Shown here piece by piece: positions 1 through 9,716 of a DNA stretch of 64,000 nt. The notes under the pieces are model-generated. The model was not told where the DNA came from. It saw nothing but the letters and a program-made list of their open reading frames with translations, and did no database searches. The DNA comes from an uncultured Pelagibacteraceae bacterium (GTDB lineage Bacteria; Pseudomonadota; Alphaproteobacteria; Pelagibacterales; AG-422-B15), in NCBI GenBank assembly GCA_902544065.1, contig CACCAS010000002.1, forward strand, positions 132,669 through 196,668. Direction: 5' to 3'. Numbering within the stretch: the first letter of the stretch is position 1; each line of letters starts with the position of its first letter. The position numbers were made by a program, and so were the translations under genes.

Positions 1-784
1 AAATTTTACCAAACTTATGATGAAATGCCTCATCACTCATTGTAAATTTCAAAAGAGTTTTTAGTAGGGGATCATTTGTATCTTGGTGAGCCATTCCAAA
101 TGCTCCCATAGCAAGACCTTCAATCATCATTTGCATTCCAACAATTTTTTTATACACAACATCAGATGATACAATTTGTTCTAAAATTCTTCCAAGAGTT
201 GGACCAACCGGATATGGAGAACCCCATCTTGCTTTTATATAATTAGTAAAACCAGTAACGTGTCTAGCCTCCTCTCGAGTTTGGTTTGCCGCGTATTCCT
301 GTGCACCTGGATCCTTTAACACATGACAAAGGCTTGCGCTTAGAGATAAAGCACCTTGCTCACCATGCAGAATTTGAGAAAGTACCCATCTAAAGCTCTC
401 ATTATTTAATTTAATTTTTTGCTTTTCTGTCAAGCTATCAGCAATTGCTGGAACTCTAAGTTCCATACAAAAGACACGAGGATCGACTATGTATTCATTT
501 TCTAAATCAAAGGGCTCGTCAAAATCGATGTAAGATTTATCATTTGGATCCCAAAAATGTTTATGAGTAGCAGATATCATTTGGTCAAAGCTATCTACCC
601 TTTCAATATACCTGTCTTTCTCAATCATAGGTATGAAGTGATTTGGGTTAGCAGCGTTGTAGGCAGGATCCTTATTCATTGAATTATTCCCATTACGAGA
701 CATTTGCCACATTCTTTTAAGTTTAAATAATTGGTCTTTTGCAAAAATTTTTGCAAAATCAATTTTTTGTTGAAATTCAGCCAT
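1..784 (-). CDS. Ferritin-like di-iron carboxylate protein (partial, runs off window start)
   Basis: Not in ORF track; hand translation from ATG 784: MAEFQQKIDFAK...FWDP...ILHGEQGAL...REEARHV...MIEGLAM...SDEAFHHKFG, i.e. two E...ExxH di-iron motifs. TATAAT lies 7 nt upstream; alternative ATGs at 703/679. Confidence 0.8.
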   Translation of the reverse strand, partial: MAEFQQKIDFAKIFAKDQLFKLKRMWQMSRNGNNSMNKDPAYNAANPNHFIPMIEKDRYIERVDSFDQMISATHKHFWDPNDKSYIDFDEPFDLENEYIVDPRVFCMELRVPAIADSLTEKQKIKLNNESFRWVLSQILHGEQGALSLSASLCHVLKDPGAQEYAANQTREEARHVTGFTNYIKARWGSPYPVGPTLGRILEQIVSSDVVYKKIVGMQMMIEGLAMGAFGMAHQDTNDPLLKTLLKFTMSDEAFHHKFGKI

Positions 785-1028
785 GGCATAAATTATATAC
801 AATTTTTTTATTTAATAAATTAATAAATGAACAAATGCTCATAAAATATCCTTTAATTATTAATTATTTCAATATTTTAAAATTTTAAGTCAATTTTGTC
901 ATAATTTTTAGATATTAAATTTATTTCTTTTAAATGATTATTTTGTAATTAATTTTGTAATTAATTGATGTACAAAATATGTATTTTCTCATATTTTTAC
1001 CCACTACCGATTATTAATATCAACTTAA

Positions 1029-3713
1029 ATGCTTCAAAAAATTGAAAATTGGTTTTTTAAATACCGCCTACCAGTGCTTGCAAGTTTTGTAGCCATTACA
1101 ATAGTAATGGGTTATTTTGCTGTTCAAATAAGAATGGAAGCAGGGTTTCATAAACAACTTCCATCAAGCCACCCATTTGTTAAGACTTATTACGAATATC
1201 AAGATGACCTAAGTGGTACCAACAGCATAACTATTGCTCTTAGAGCTACAGAGGGAGATATTTTTAATCAAGAATATTTAAGCAAATTATTTGAACTCAA
1301 CCAAACGATAAGATATTTACCAGGAGTAAATCAGGGATCAATGCAATCATTATGGACTCCTAATGTAAGAGTTTTGCGTGTAACTGAAGAAGGCTTTGAA
1401 AGTACTGAAGTCATACCTGGAAATTTAACACCTGATAAATTAAGTGAAACTGAGATTAATAAAATCAAAGAAAGAATCTTAACTGGTGGTCATGTAGGGA
1501 GTATGGTTTCAAATGATTTCACTTCTTCATTAATTAAAGTTGAGTTGACAGAGTTTAATAGGTCTACAGGTAAAAAATTAGACTATCTTGAGCTTGGTCA
1601 AGAGATAGAAGTAATAAGAGATGAATACGAAAAAGGCATATACCGAGTTGAGATAACGGGCTTTGCTAAAATGATCTCAGATATTGCTAATGAGGCATAC
1701 AATGTAATATTTTTTTTTGGGCTTGCTTTTTTCCTTACTGTCCTGGCAGTTTATTGGTATTCGAGATCTTGGACATTGACATTTCTTCCTTTAGTTTGCT
1801 CACTTACCTCACTCGTTTGGCAATTTGGGATGTTAAAGATTCTCGGATTTGGTTTAGATCCCTTGGCAATTCTTGTGCCATTTCTAGTTTTTGCAATTGG
1901 TGTTTCTCACGGTATTCAGCAGGTAAATCAAATTACAAAAGAAGTCATAGAAGGTGAGTCAGCTGAGCATGCTGCCAGAGCTTCCTTTTCTAGGCTTCTT
2001 ATTCCAGGCTCTATGGCTTTAGTAACCGATCTTGTAGGTTTTGGAACTTTAATTTTATTGCCTATAGGCATGATACAAGAATTAGGCATTACAGCTTCAA
2101 TAGGAGTTGCATTTAAAATTGTTACAAATTTGGTGATGTTGCCTTTGGCTGCTTCGTATGCAAAATATAATGATAGTTTTGCTGCTAGGGCTCAATCTGC
2201 AATTACTTATAGGCAAAATTTAATGGGATTCTTTGGAAAATTAGCTCGACCTCGAGAAGCAATTATCACACTTTCTGTTAGTTCAGTTTTGTTTATAGGG
2301 GCAGCTTATTTAGCAAGCGATAGACATGTAGGCGATCTTCACGCAGGCGCTCCTGAATTAAGGCCAGAAGCAAGGTTTAATCGTGATATTACTGAGATTA
2401 CAAAAAGATACAATGTTACAACTGATATTCTCGTAGTAATCACTGAGGCTGCAGAATCAAGTGGAATAAATCCATGTCGTTCAAATTACGTAATGGAAGC
2501 TCAAAATAATTTGCACTGGTACCTAGAGAATATACCTGGCGTAACTAAAGTAATCTCTTTATCTAGTGTTGCCCGAAGAGCTCTAAGTGGTTATGCAGAA
2601 GGCAATTTAAAGTGGACATATTTACCTCATAATGAGCCAGCCTTAGCGTTTGCAACGAGTGTAGTAGATCCCTCAACTGGATTAATAAATGAAGCGTGTT
2701 CAATAATGCCAATTTACGTTTTTACAGAAGATCACAAGGCAACAACCATTAGTACATTGATTGAAAAAATTGAAACTTATAATCAAAAATTCAGAAAACT
2801 TGATAATACAATTACATTTAAAACTTTAATAGCTAGGCCTGCGGAAGGAACTGACGTTATACCTCTGGTAGAAATACTTGGTGGAGAAGAAACAAAAATA
2901 GAAGACTTATCTGGAATACAAAACCCAAAAATATTTAATGATGACGAATTTACTGATTTTGGTTATGAGAATGACTTTAATACAAGAAGTTTATTTGTTA
3001 CAAGCTTAGGTAACTACTATAGAGATATAGATTCATTTGATGAAAAAGTAAATTTTAGAGTGAAGGATATAAAACAATCAGACTTAGCAATTAAAAATTT
3101 CTTTAGGGAAAATCCTGATTTTAAAAGTATTATTTTTGAAGTAGATGAAATTAAACATAGATTAGCAAGTGGAACAGTGGGAATTCAGCATGCAACCAAT
3201 GAAGTTATTGAAAAAGGCGAACTTCCTATGATGATTATTGTTTATATTGTTATTGTTATTTTAGTTTTCGTTACCTATCTTGACTGGAGAGCAACAATAT
3301 GTTGCACACTTCCATTATCTTTTGCAACAATGCTCGGTTATGCATTTATGGATCTGGCAGAAATAGGACTTAAAGTTTCAACGCTTCCAGTGATGGTTCT
3401 AGCAGTTGGTGTAGGAGTTGATTACGCTTTCTATATTTATAATAGAACGCAACTTAGACTAAAAGAGGGAATGAATATTACTGAAGCATTTGAACATACA
3501 TTTGCTAATACAGGAGCAGCTGTAGTATTTACAGCAATCACATTGGCAATCGGAGTATCAACTTGGTCATTCTCTGCTTTAAAATTTCAGGCAGACATGG
3601 GATCACTTTTAACATTTATGTTTATTATAAATATGGTTTGCGCTATGACTACTTTGCCTGCCCTTGCTGTCGTACTTGATAAATTATTTCCAAGAAAAGT
3701 TTCTAACTCTTAG
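1029..3713 (+). CDS. MMPL/RND-family transporter permease
   Basis: 894 aa; two repeats of TM + large periplasmic loop + TM bundle; motifs FAIGVSHG and AVGVGVDY. Confidence 0.85.
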   Translation: MLQKIENWFFKYRLPVLASFVAITIVMGYFAVQIRMEAGFHKQLPSSHPFVKTYYEYQDDLSGTNSITIALRATEGDIFNQEYLSKLFELNQTIRYLPGVNQGSMQSLWTPNVRVLRVTEEGFESTEVIPGNLTPDKLSETEINKIKERILTGGHVGSMVSNDFTSSLIKVELTEFNRSTGKKLDYLELGQEIEVIRDEYEKGIYRVEITGFAKMISDIANEAYNVIFFFGLAFFLTVLAVYWYSRSWTLTFLPLVCSLTSLVWQFGMLKILGFGLDPLAILVPFLVFAIGVSHGIQQVNQITKEVIEGESAEHAARASFSRLLIPGSMALVTDLVGFGTLILLPIGMIQELGITASIGVAFKIVTNLVMLPLAASYAKYNDSFAARAQSAITYRQNLMGFFGKLARPREAIITLSVSSVLFIGAAYLASDRHVGDLHAGAPELRPEARFNRDITEITKRYNVTTDILVVITEAAESSGINPCRSNYVMEAQNNLHWYLENIPGVTKVISLSSVARRALSGYAEGNLKWTYLPHNEPALAFATSVVDPSTGLINEACSIMPIYVFTEDHKATTISTLIEKIETYNQKFRKLDNTITFKTLIARPAEGTDVIPLVEILGGEETKIEDLSGIQNPKIFNDDEFTDFGYENDFNTRSLFVTSLGNYYRDIDSFDEKVNFRVKDIKQSDLAIKNFFRENPDFKSIIFEVDEIKHRLASGTVGIQHATNEVIEKGELPMMIIVYIVIVILVFVTYLDWRATICCTLPLSFATMLGYAFMDLAEIGLKVSTLPVMVLAVGVGVDYAFYIYNRTQLRLKEGMNITEAFEHTFANTGAAVVFTAITLAIGVSTWSFSALKFQADMGSLLTFMFIINMVCAMTTLPALAVVLDKLFPRKVSNS

Positions 3714-4629
3714 TAAGTTTCAGAAATACATCTTCCAATTTAGTTTCAACTATCCTGATTTTTTTAATTTTTGACACCGTTGAATTAATTGTACTAATCA
3801 TTGTGTTTAAATCAACTTCACTTGGTTTATAATCAATTTGAATTTGATTATCATAAATTTTTACATCAACATTTAACTTTTTAAGTTCTGTCAAATTGAA
3901 TTTATTGTTATTGTATTCAATAAATACCGTTTCTTTATCCAAAAGAGATTTTATGTTATCTGTTGTATCATTAGCAATCAACTTTCCTTCGTTAATTATT
4001 GCTATATTGCTACATAGCTCTTCTGCCTCGTGCAAATAGTGAGTTGTAATAATAATAGTTTTCCCTTTTTTATTAAGTTTATAAATATTCTCCCATAAAT
4101 TACTCCTAAGTTCAACATCTACACCTGCCGTTGGTTCGTCTAGGATCAATATTTCTGGGTCATGGACCATTGCTTTAGCAATAAGTAAACGTCTTCTCAT
4201 CCCACCAGACAAAGTTCTAGCGTAGGCTTCTGCTTTATCTTCTAACGCTAGCATTTGAAGAATTTCCTTAGTTCTTCTATCTTTCTTTCTAATACCATAT
4301 AGGCCTGCCTGTATCTCCAAAAGTTCATAAGGTGTAAAAAAAGGATCAATATTTAACTCTTGCGGTACAATACCTAAAAGTTTTTTAGCCCCTATTAAAT
4401 TTTTTTCGTAATTGATGTTTAGTACTTCAATTTTACCTGAGGTCTTTTTTACTAAGTCTGCAAGAATATTAATGAAAGTTGATTTACCTGCTCCATTTGG
4501 TCCGATCAAGCCAAATATTGATCCTTTCCTAATATTCAATGAAACATTATCTAATGCAAGTTTTTCATCAGTTCCTGATTTATAAACCTTACTTAAATTA
4601 TCAACTGCAATAGCTATTTCATTAGTCAT
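3703..4629 (-). CDS. ABC transporter ATP-binding protein (YadG/ABC-2 type)
   Basis: Walker A GPNGAGKS, signature LSGGM, Walker B ILILDEPT, H-loop TTHY. Confidence 0.9.
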   Translation of the reverse strand: MTNEIAIAVDNLSKVYKSGTDEKLALDNVSLNIRKGSIFGLIGPNGAGKSTFINILADLVKKTSGKIEVLNINYEKNLIGAKKLLGIVPQELNIDPFFTPYELLEIQAGLYGIRKKDRRTKEILQMLALEDKAEAYARTLSGGMRRRLLIAKAMVHDPEILILDEPTAGVDVELRSNLWENIYKLNKKGKTIIITTHYLHEAEELCSNIAIINEGKLIANDTTDNIKSLLDKETVFIEYNNNKFNLTELKKLNVDVKIYDNQIQIDYKPSEVDLNTMISTINSTVSKIKKIRIVETKLEDVFLKLTKS

Positions 4630-4690
4630 ATAATTTATTAATTAGGAGAATATATAGTTTTTCAAAGTAATTTCTTGTATCATTAAGTAT

Positions 4691-4870
4691 ATGAATTCTC
4701 CAGAAATAGTAAAAAATCAATACGAAAATAGTGAATTAGTATCATCCAAAAAAGTTAGTTGTTCTGGCCCCGATGGTTCACTTGGGCACCCTAAAGTTTA
4801 TCTGGATATGGGTGATAATGAAAGTGTAGTTTGTCCTTACTGCAGCAAGATATTTAAATTGATTAAATGA
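4691..4870 (+). CDS. Small zinc-finger protein (zf-CHCC type), 59 aa
   Basis: Below ORF-track cutoff; translation ...VSCSGPDGSLGHPKVYLDM...VVCPYCSKIF*; stop overlaps polA start (ATGA). Confidence 0.85.
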   Translation: MNSPEIVKNQYENSELVSSKKVSCSGPDGSLGHPKVYLDMGDNESVVCPYCSKIFKLIK

Positions 4871-7668
4871 AACGCAATAATCACCTTTTTTTAGTCGATG
4901 GCTCAGGTTATATCTTTAGGGCATATTATGCATTACCGCCATTATACAGAAAAAGTGATGGCTTACCGACAGGTGCAGTAAACGGTTTTTGTAATATGCT
5001 TTATAAACTAATTGAAGATACCAACAAAAGTATTGGGCCAACTCACCTAGCAGTGATTTTTGATAGTGCACGAAAAACTTTTAGAAATGAAATTTACAAA
5101 GACTATAAGGCCAACAGAGGTGATCCACCAGAAGACTTAATACCACAATTTAAAATTATAAAGGATGCAGTGACAGCTTTTGGCATTCAATCAATAGAGT
5201 CGAAAGGATTTGAAGCAGATGATATTATAGCTACATACGCTGAAGCCGCTGTGAAAAAAAATTGGCAAGTTTCGATTGTATCATCTGACAAAGATTTAAT
5301 GCAATTGGTCACAGAAAAAATCAATCTTGTTGATACAATGAAAAACAAAAATATTGGACCAAAAGAAGTTGAGGAAAAGTTTGGTGTAGGGCCAGATAAG
5401 GTGATTGATGTTCAAGCTCTTGCTGGGGATAGTTCAGATAACGTTCCTGGGGCACCTGGCATAGGTATAAAGACAGCAGCTCAGCTAATAAATGAATTTG
5501 GAAATCTTGAAAAATTGTTAGAAAAGTGTGGAGATATTAAACAAGAAAAAAGAAGAGATAATATTAAAGATAATAAAGAGCAGATAAGAATAAGTAAGGA
5601 GTTAGTAACTTTAAAGAAAGATGTAGGAGATATTCCATTACTTGCAGATTTAAAAAATAATAATTTAGCAATAAAGAAATTAGTGCCATTCCTAGAAGAC
5701 CTTGAATTGAAGAAATTGGCAGATCGTATTAGAAAAAAAAATCCAGAAATAAAATTTGAAACTCTAAATATCGAAGAATCAAAAGTTGAAAAAAAAGAAA
5801 AAGGTAATCTTAACAGTGATAAAGAAATTACAACTAAAAACATAAATACTAAATATGTACTTATAGATAACATAAAAAATCTCGAGGAATTAAAATCAAA
5901 TATCTACGATATTGGTCATTTCGTTTATGATGTAGAAACTGACTCTTTAAATATATTAGAAGCCAATCTTATCGGTATATCAATTTGTTATGGCTTAGAA
6001 ACCTCTTACTATATTCCATTTCAGCATATTGATGAACTTAATCAAATAATAACAAATCAAATTAAAATAGATGAGTTTCTCAAAATCTTTAAGCCAATAA
6101 TGGAGGACTCATCAATTATCAAAATTGGACACAATATAAAATATGATAATGCAATATTAAAAAAATATGGCATCGACGTTATTGGCTATGACGATACGAT
6201 GTTAATGTCATTTATTTCTGATGCAGGGATCAATCGACATGGAATGGATGATCTTGCAAAGATACATTTCAATAAAGAAACAATAAAATATAAAGAAGTC
6301 GTTGGAAGTGGAAAATCTCAGATCACATTTGATAAAGTTGATTTAAAGAATGCATTAAATTATGCGGCCGAGGATGCTGATATTACTTATAAACTTTATT
6401 TATTATTTAAAAAAAGAATCAACCATGAAAAAAATAATTATATTTATTCTAATATTGAGAAGCCCTTAATTGATTGCATTCAAACTATGGAATTAAATGG
6501 TATAAAGGTAGATAAAAAATACTTAAAAAAGCTATCAACAGATTTTTCAAAGAGAATATCAAAATTAGAAAGTAAGATATACAAGGATACTGGTACAGAG
6601 TTTAATATTGCTTCACCAAAGCAGCTGTCAGAGGTATTATTTGATAAACTCAAACTTAAACCACCAAAAAAAACAAGAACAGGAGAAAAATCTACAGGAA
6701 TAGATGTACTTGAAGATCTCGCATACGGGGGTAATAAAGTTGCTGAAACTATTATAGAATGGAGACAGCTATCAAAGCTAAAGAATACTTATACAGAGGC
6801 TTTGCAAACCCATATTATTAAATCTACAGGAAGAATACATACTTCATATGCTATGGCTTCAACCAGCACAGGTAGACTTGCATCCTCTGATCCAAATTTG
6901 CAAAATATTCCAATCAAAACAGAAGAAGGCAGATCAATTCGTAAGGCATTTATCCCAGATAAAGACCAAACAATTTTTTCTGCAGACTATAGTCAAATAG
7001 AATTAAGAGTATTGGCTCACATGGCTGATGTATCTCAACTAAAAGATGCTTTCAACAATAATGAGGATATACATAAATTAACTGCGTCAGAGATTTTTAA
7101 TGTCAAACACAAAGATGTCACTCAAGATTTACGCAGAAAAGCGAAAGCTGTTAATTTTGGAATAATTTATGGGATTTCTGCATTTGGACTAGCAAAACAG
7201 TTATCAATTTCAAACTATGAAGCAAGTGATTTTATTAAAGAATATTTTAAAAAGTTTTCTGGAATAAAAGAATATATGGAAAACACAAAAGAGCTCTGTA
7301 GAAACAATGGTTATGTTGAGACACTATGTGGGCGAAAGTGTTTCTTCCCACGAATAAAAGATAAAAATTTTGCTCTAAGGTCATTTCAAGAAAGAGCAGC
7401 CATAAACGCACCAATTCAAGGGACTGCAGCAGATATAATAAAGTTAGCAATGATAAAGATTAATGATAAAATTAAAGCCAATAATGAATGTAAGATGCTT
7501 CTTCAAGTTCACGATGAGCTAATTTTTGAAATCAAAAATGATAAACTTAAAAAATATAGAAAAATGATTTTATCCGAAATGGAAAACGCGCTAGTGCCAA
7601 AGTTTAATCTCTCTGTACCCCTTTCAGTTGACAGCAATAATGCAGATAATTGGAGTGATGCTCATTAA
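4867..7668 (+). CDS. polA: DNA polymerase I
   Basis: 5'-3' exonuclease LVDGS..FRAYYA; proofreading motifs DVET, HNIKYD, YAAED; polymerase motifs DYSQIELR, KAVNFGIIYG, QVHDEL. Confidence 0.98.
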   Translation: MKRNNHLFLVDGSGYIFRAYYALPPLYRKSDGLPTGAVNGFCNMLYKLIEDTNKSIGPTHLAVIFDSARKTFRNEIYKDYKANRGDPPEDLIPQFKIIKDAVTAFGIQSIESKGFEADDIIATYAEAAVKKNWQVSIVSSDKDLMQLVTEKINLVDTMKNKNIGPKEVEEKFGVGPDKVIDVQALAGDSSDNVPGAPGIGIKTAAQLINEFGNLEKLLEKCGDIKQEKRRDNIKDNKEQIRISKELVTLKKDVGDIPLLADLKNNNLAIKKLVPFLEDLELKKLADRIRKKNPEIKFETLNIEESKVEKKEKGNLNSDKEITTKNINTKYVLIDNIKNLEELKSNIYDIGHFVYDVETDSLNILEANLIGISICYGLETSYYIPFQHIDELNQIITNQIKIDEFLKIFKPIMEDSSIIKIGHNIKYDNAILKKYGIDVIGYDDTMLMSFISDAGINRHGMDDLAKIHFNKETIKYKEVVGSGKSQITFDKVDLKNALNYAAEDADITYKLYLLFKKRINHEKNNYIYSNIEKPLIDCIQTMELNGIKVDKKYLKKLSTDFSKRISKLESKIYKDTGTEFNIASPKQLSEVLFDKLKLKPPKKTRTGEKSTGIDVLEDLAYGGNKVAETIIEWRQLSKLKNTYTEALQTHIIKSTGRIHTSYAMASTSTGRLASSDPNLQNIPIKTEEGRSIRKAFIPDKDQTIFSADYSQIELRVLAHMADVSQLKDAFNNNEDIHKLTASEIFNVKHKDVTQDLRRKAKAVNFGIIYGISAFGLAKQLSISNYEASDFIKEYFKKFSGIKEYMENTKELCRNNGYVETLCGRKCFFPRIKDKNFALRSFQERAAINAPIQGTAADIIKLAMIKINDKIKANNECKMLLQVHDELIFEIKNDKLKKYRKMILSEMENALVPKFNLSVPLSVDSNNADNWSDAH

Positions 7669-8444
7669 TGTCTGAAACTATTATACTTGTTACAGGAGGA
7701 TTTGATCCTATCCATAGCGGACATATTGCTTACTTCAAGGACGCAAAAAAATTAGGAAATAAGCTAATAGTTGGTATTAATTCAGATAATTGGTTGATAA
7801 AAAAAAAAGGTTGTGCATTTCTTCCCATTCAAGAAAGGATAGAAATTGTTTCTAATTTAGCAGTAGTTGATGCTGCCATTGAATTTGAAGATGATGAGTA
7901 TCAATCTGCTTCAAATGCGATTCAAAAAGTTTTAGAAATGTATCCTGGTAATAAAATAATCTTTGCAAATGGGGGTGACAGAAATAAAGCCAATATTCCT
8001 GAGATGGATAAATTCGTGAATAATGAAAATGTAAGTTTTGAGTTTGGAGTCGGCGGAGATTTTAAAAAAAACTCATCTAGTTGGATATTAAAAAATTGGA
8101 AAGGACCAGTAGAATACCGACCATGGGGTTGGTATAGAGTTTTAGACGATAGCGATGACCACAAAGTCAAAGAGATAGAAGTCAATCCTAAGTCAAGATT
8201 AAGTTACCAGTCACACTCTAAAAGATCTGAAGTCTGGACTGTGATCAGTGGTGAGGCTTTAGTTACCGTTGATGATAATATAGCTGAGTTAAAAATCAAC
8301 GAGTCAATATTTATTCCAGTTAATTCTAAGCATCGTTTAGAAAATAAGTCAGATATGAAATTAAATATTATTGAAATTCAAACGGGATCATATTTTGGTG
8401 AAGATGATATAGAAAGATATGAAGATGACTACAATCGATCATAA
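7668..8444 (+). CDS. Cytidylyltransferase-like domain fused to mannose-6-phosphate-isomerase-type cupin
   Basis: N-terminal GGFDPIHSGH (HxGH) and FANGGDR; C-terminal RPWGWY, LSYQSH, EIQTGSYFGEDDIER. Confidence 0.8.
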   Translation: MSETIILVTGGFDPIHSGHIAYFKDAKKLGNKLIVGINSDNWLIKKKGCAFLPIQERIEIVSNLAVVDAAIEFEDDEYQSASNAIQKVLEMYPGNKIIFANGGDRNKANIPEMDKFVNNENVSFEFGVGGDFKKNSSSWILKNWKGPVEYRPWGWYRVLDDSDDHKVKEIEVNPKSRLSYQSHSKRSEVWTVISGEALVTVDDNIAELKINESIFIPVNSKHRLENKSDMKLNIIEIQTGSYFGEDDIERYEDDYNRS

Positions 8445-8447
8445 TGT

Positions 8448-9716
8448 ATGAGGTTGAACTATCCCTATATTTATTTGGCCTTCTTTTTACTTCTTAATAT
8501 TTTTAACTTTGTAGACAGAAATCTACTTATAGCTTTTGCCCCTCAAATAAAATCTGAGTTTAATCTTACAAATGTGCAATGGGGACTGTTGACTGGTGTT
8601 TACTTCCTTTTTTTCTATTCAGTATTTGGTATATTCATGGGCGTGCTTGGAGATAAATTTAGTAGGATGAAAATTGCTGCCGCAGGAGTATTTTTGTGGA
8701 GTTTAATGACTGCTTTTACTGGTATAGCTAAAAATTTTACACACTTAATCGTTGCTAGAGCTTTAATTGGCGTTGGAGAGTCTGCATTAACCCCCAATGC
8801 AATATCAATGTTATCTGATCTTTTTAAACAAAATAAAAGAGGAACGGCGTCTGCAATTTATTACTTGGGTATACCTTTAGGTGTAGGATTTGGAATGTTG
8901 ATAGCAGCTTTTTTTGGACCAGTTTTTGGATGGCGTGCAGTATTTATTGCCTTAGGATTGGTTGGAATGGGACTTGGAATAGTAACATATTTTCTTTTTG
9001 AACCGAAACGCGGTCAGTTGGATGTATCTTTTGATGAAGACAGTAAATCTGCAAGCATTCGAGATATCATAAGTATGACAAAACATGCTATCTATAGTTC
9101 TAAATGTTTAACATTTGTAATTATTGGTAGTATTTTTCTACATATTCCATTAGGTGCAGGTAACTTTGAGGTTTTATGGGCTGTAAACGAAAGAGGATTC
9201 ACTGCTAGCTCATATAATTCTCTGTTTGGCATTTTTTTTTTATTAGGTGGTACTGTTGGAGCAGTTCTCGGTGGCGTTTTATCTGATCGTTTAAGTCATT
9301 ACTTCAAAGGTGGTGTGATGACCTTTTTGGTAATTTCTTATTTGCTCTTAACACCTTTAACTATAAGCTATAGATTTATTAGTCCTGATACTAATTTTTT
9401 TTATTTCACCTTGTTTTTTGTCTCATTTAATGTCACCTTTTTTTACGGTCCGGTTTTTGCGTCGGTTCAAGAATTAACTCCAGTTAAAGTTAGGTCAACG
9501 ATGGTTGCTGTATTCATATTGGGTGTAAACATTATTGGAATGGGAGTTGGTAGTTTTTTTACTGGCTATCTTGTTGATTACGTATTTAATGATTTCTCAT
9601 CTCCATATACGTTTTCATTAATCTCAGTCGGGCTCACAGGAATTTTAGCAATTATCTGTTATTATATAGCTAGTTTTAGCTATAAAAAGGACATCGACAG
9701 AGTAAACGAATCTTAA
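8448..9716 (+). CDS. MFS transporter (Spinster-like)
   Basis: [14 protein letters not shown] motif [10 protein letters not shown], about 12 hydrophobic segments. Confidence 0.85.
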   Translation: MRLNYPYIYLAFFLLLNIFNFVDRNLLIAFAPQIKSEFNLTNVQWGLLTGVYFLFFYSVFGIFMGVLGDKFSRMKIAAAGVFLWSLMTAFTGIAKNFTHLIVARALIGVGESALTPNAISMLSDLFKQNKRGTASAIYYLGIPLGVGFGMLIAAFFGPVFGWRAVFIALGLVGMGLGIVTYFLFEPKRGQLDVSFDEDSKSASIRDIISMTKHAIYSSKCLTFVIIGSIFLHIPLGAGNFEVLWAVNERGFTASSYNSLFGIFFLLGGTVGAVLGGVLSDRLSHYFKGGVMTFLVISYLLLTPLTISYRFISPDTNFFYFTLFFVSFNVTFFYGPVFASVQELTPVKVRSTMVAVFILGVNIIGMGVGSFFTGYLVDYVFNDFSSPYTFSLISVGLTGILAIICYYIASFSYKKDIDRVNES

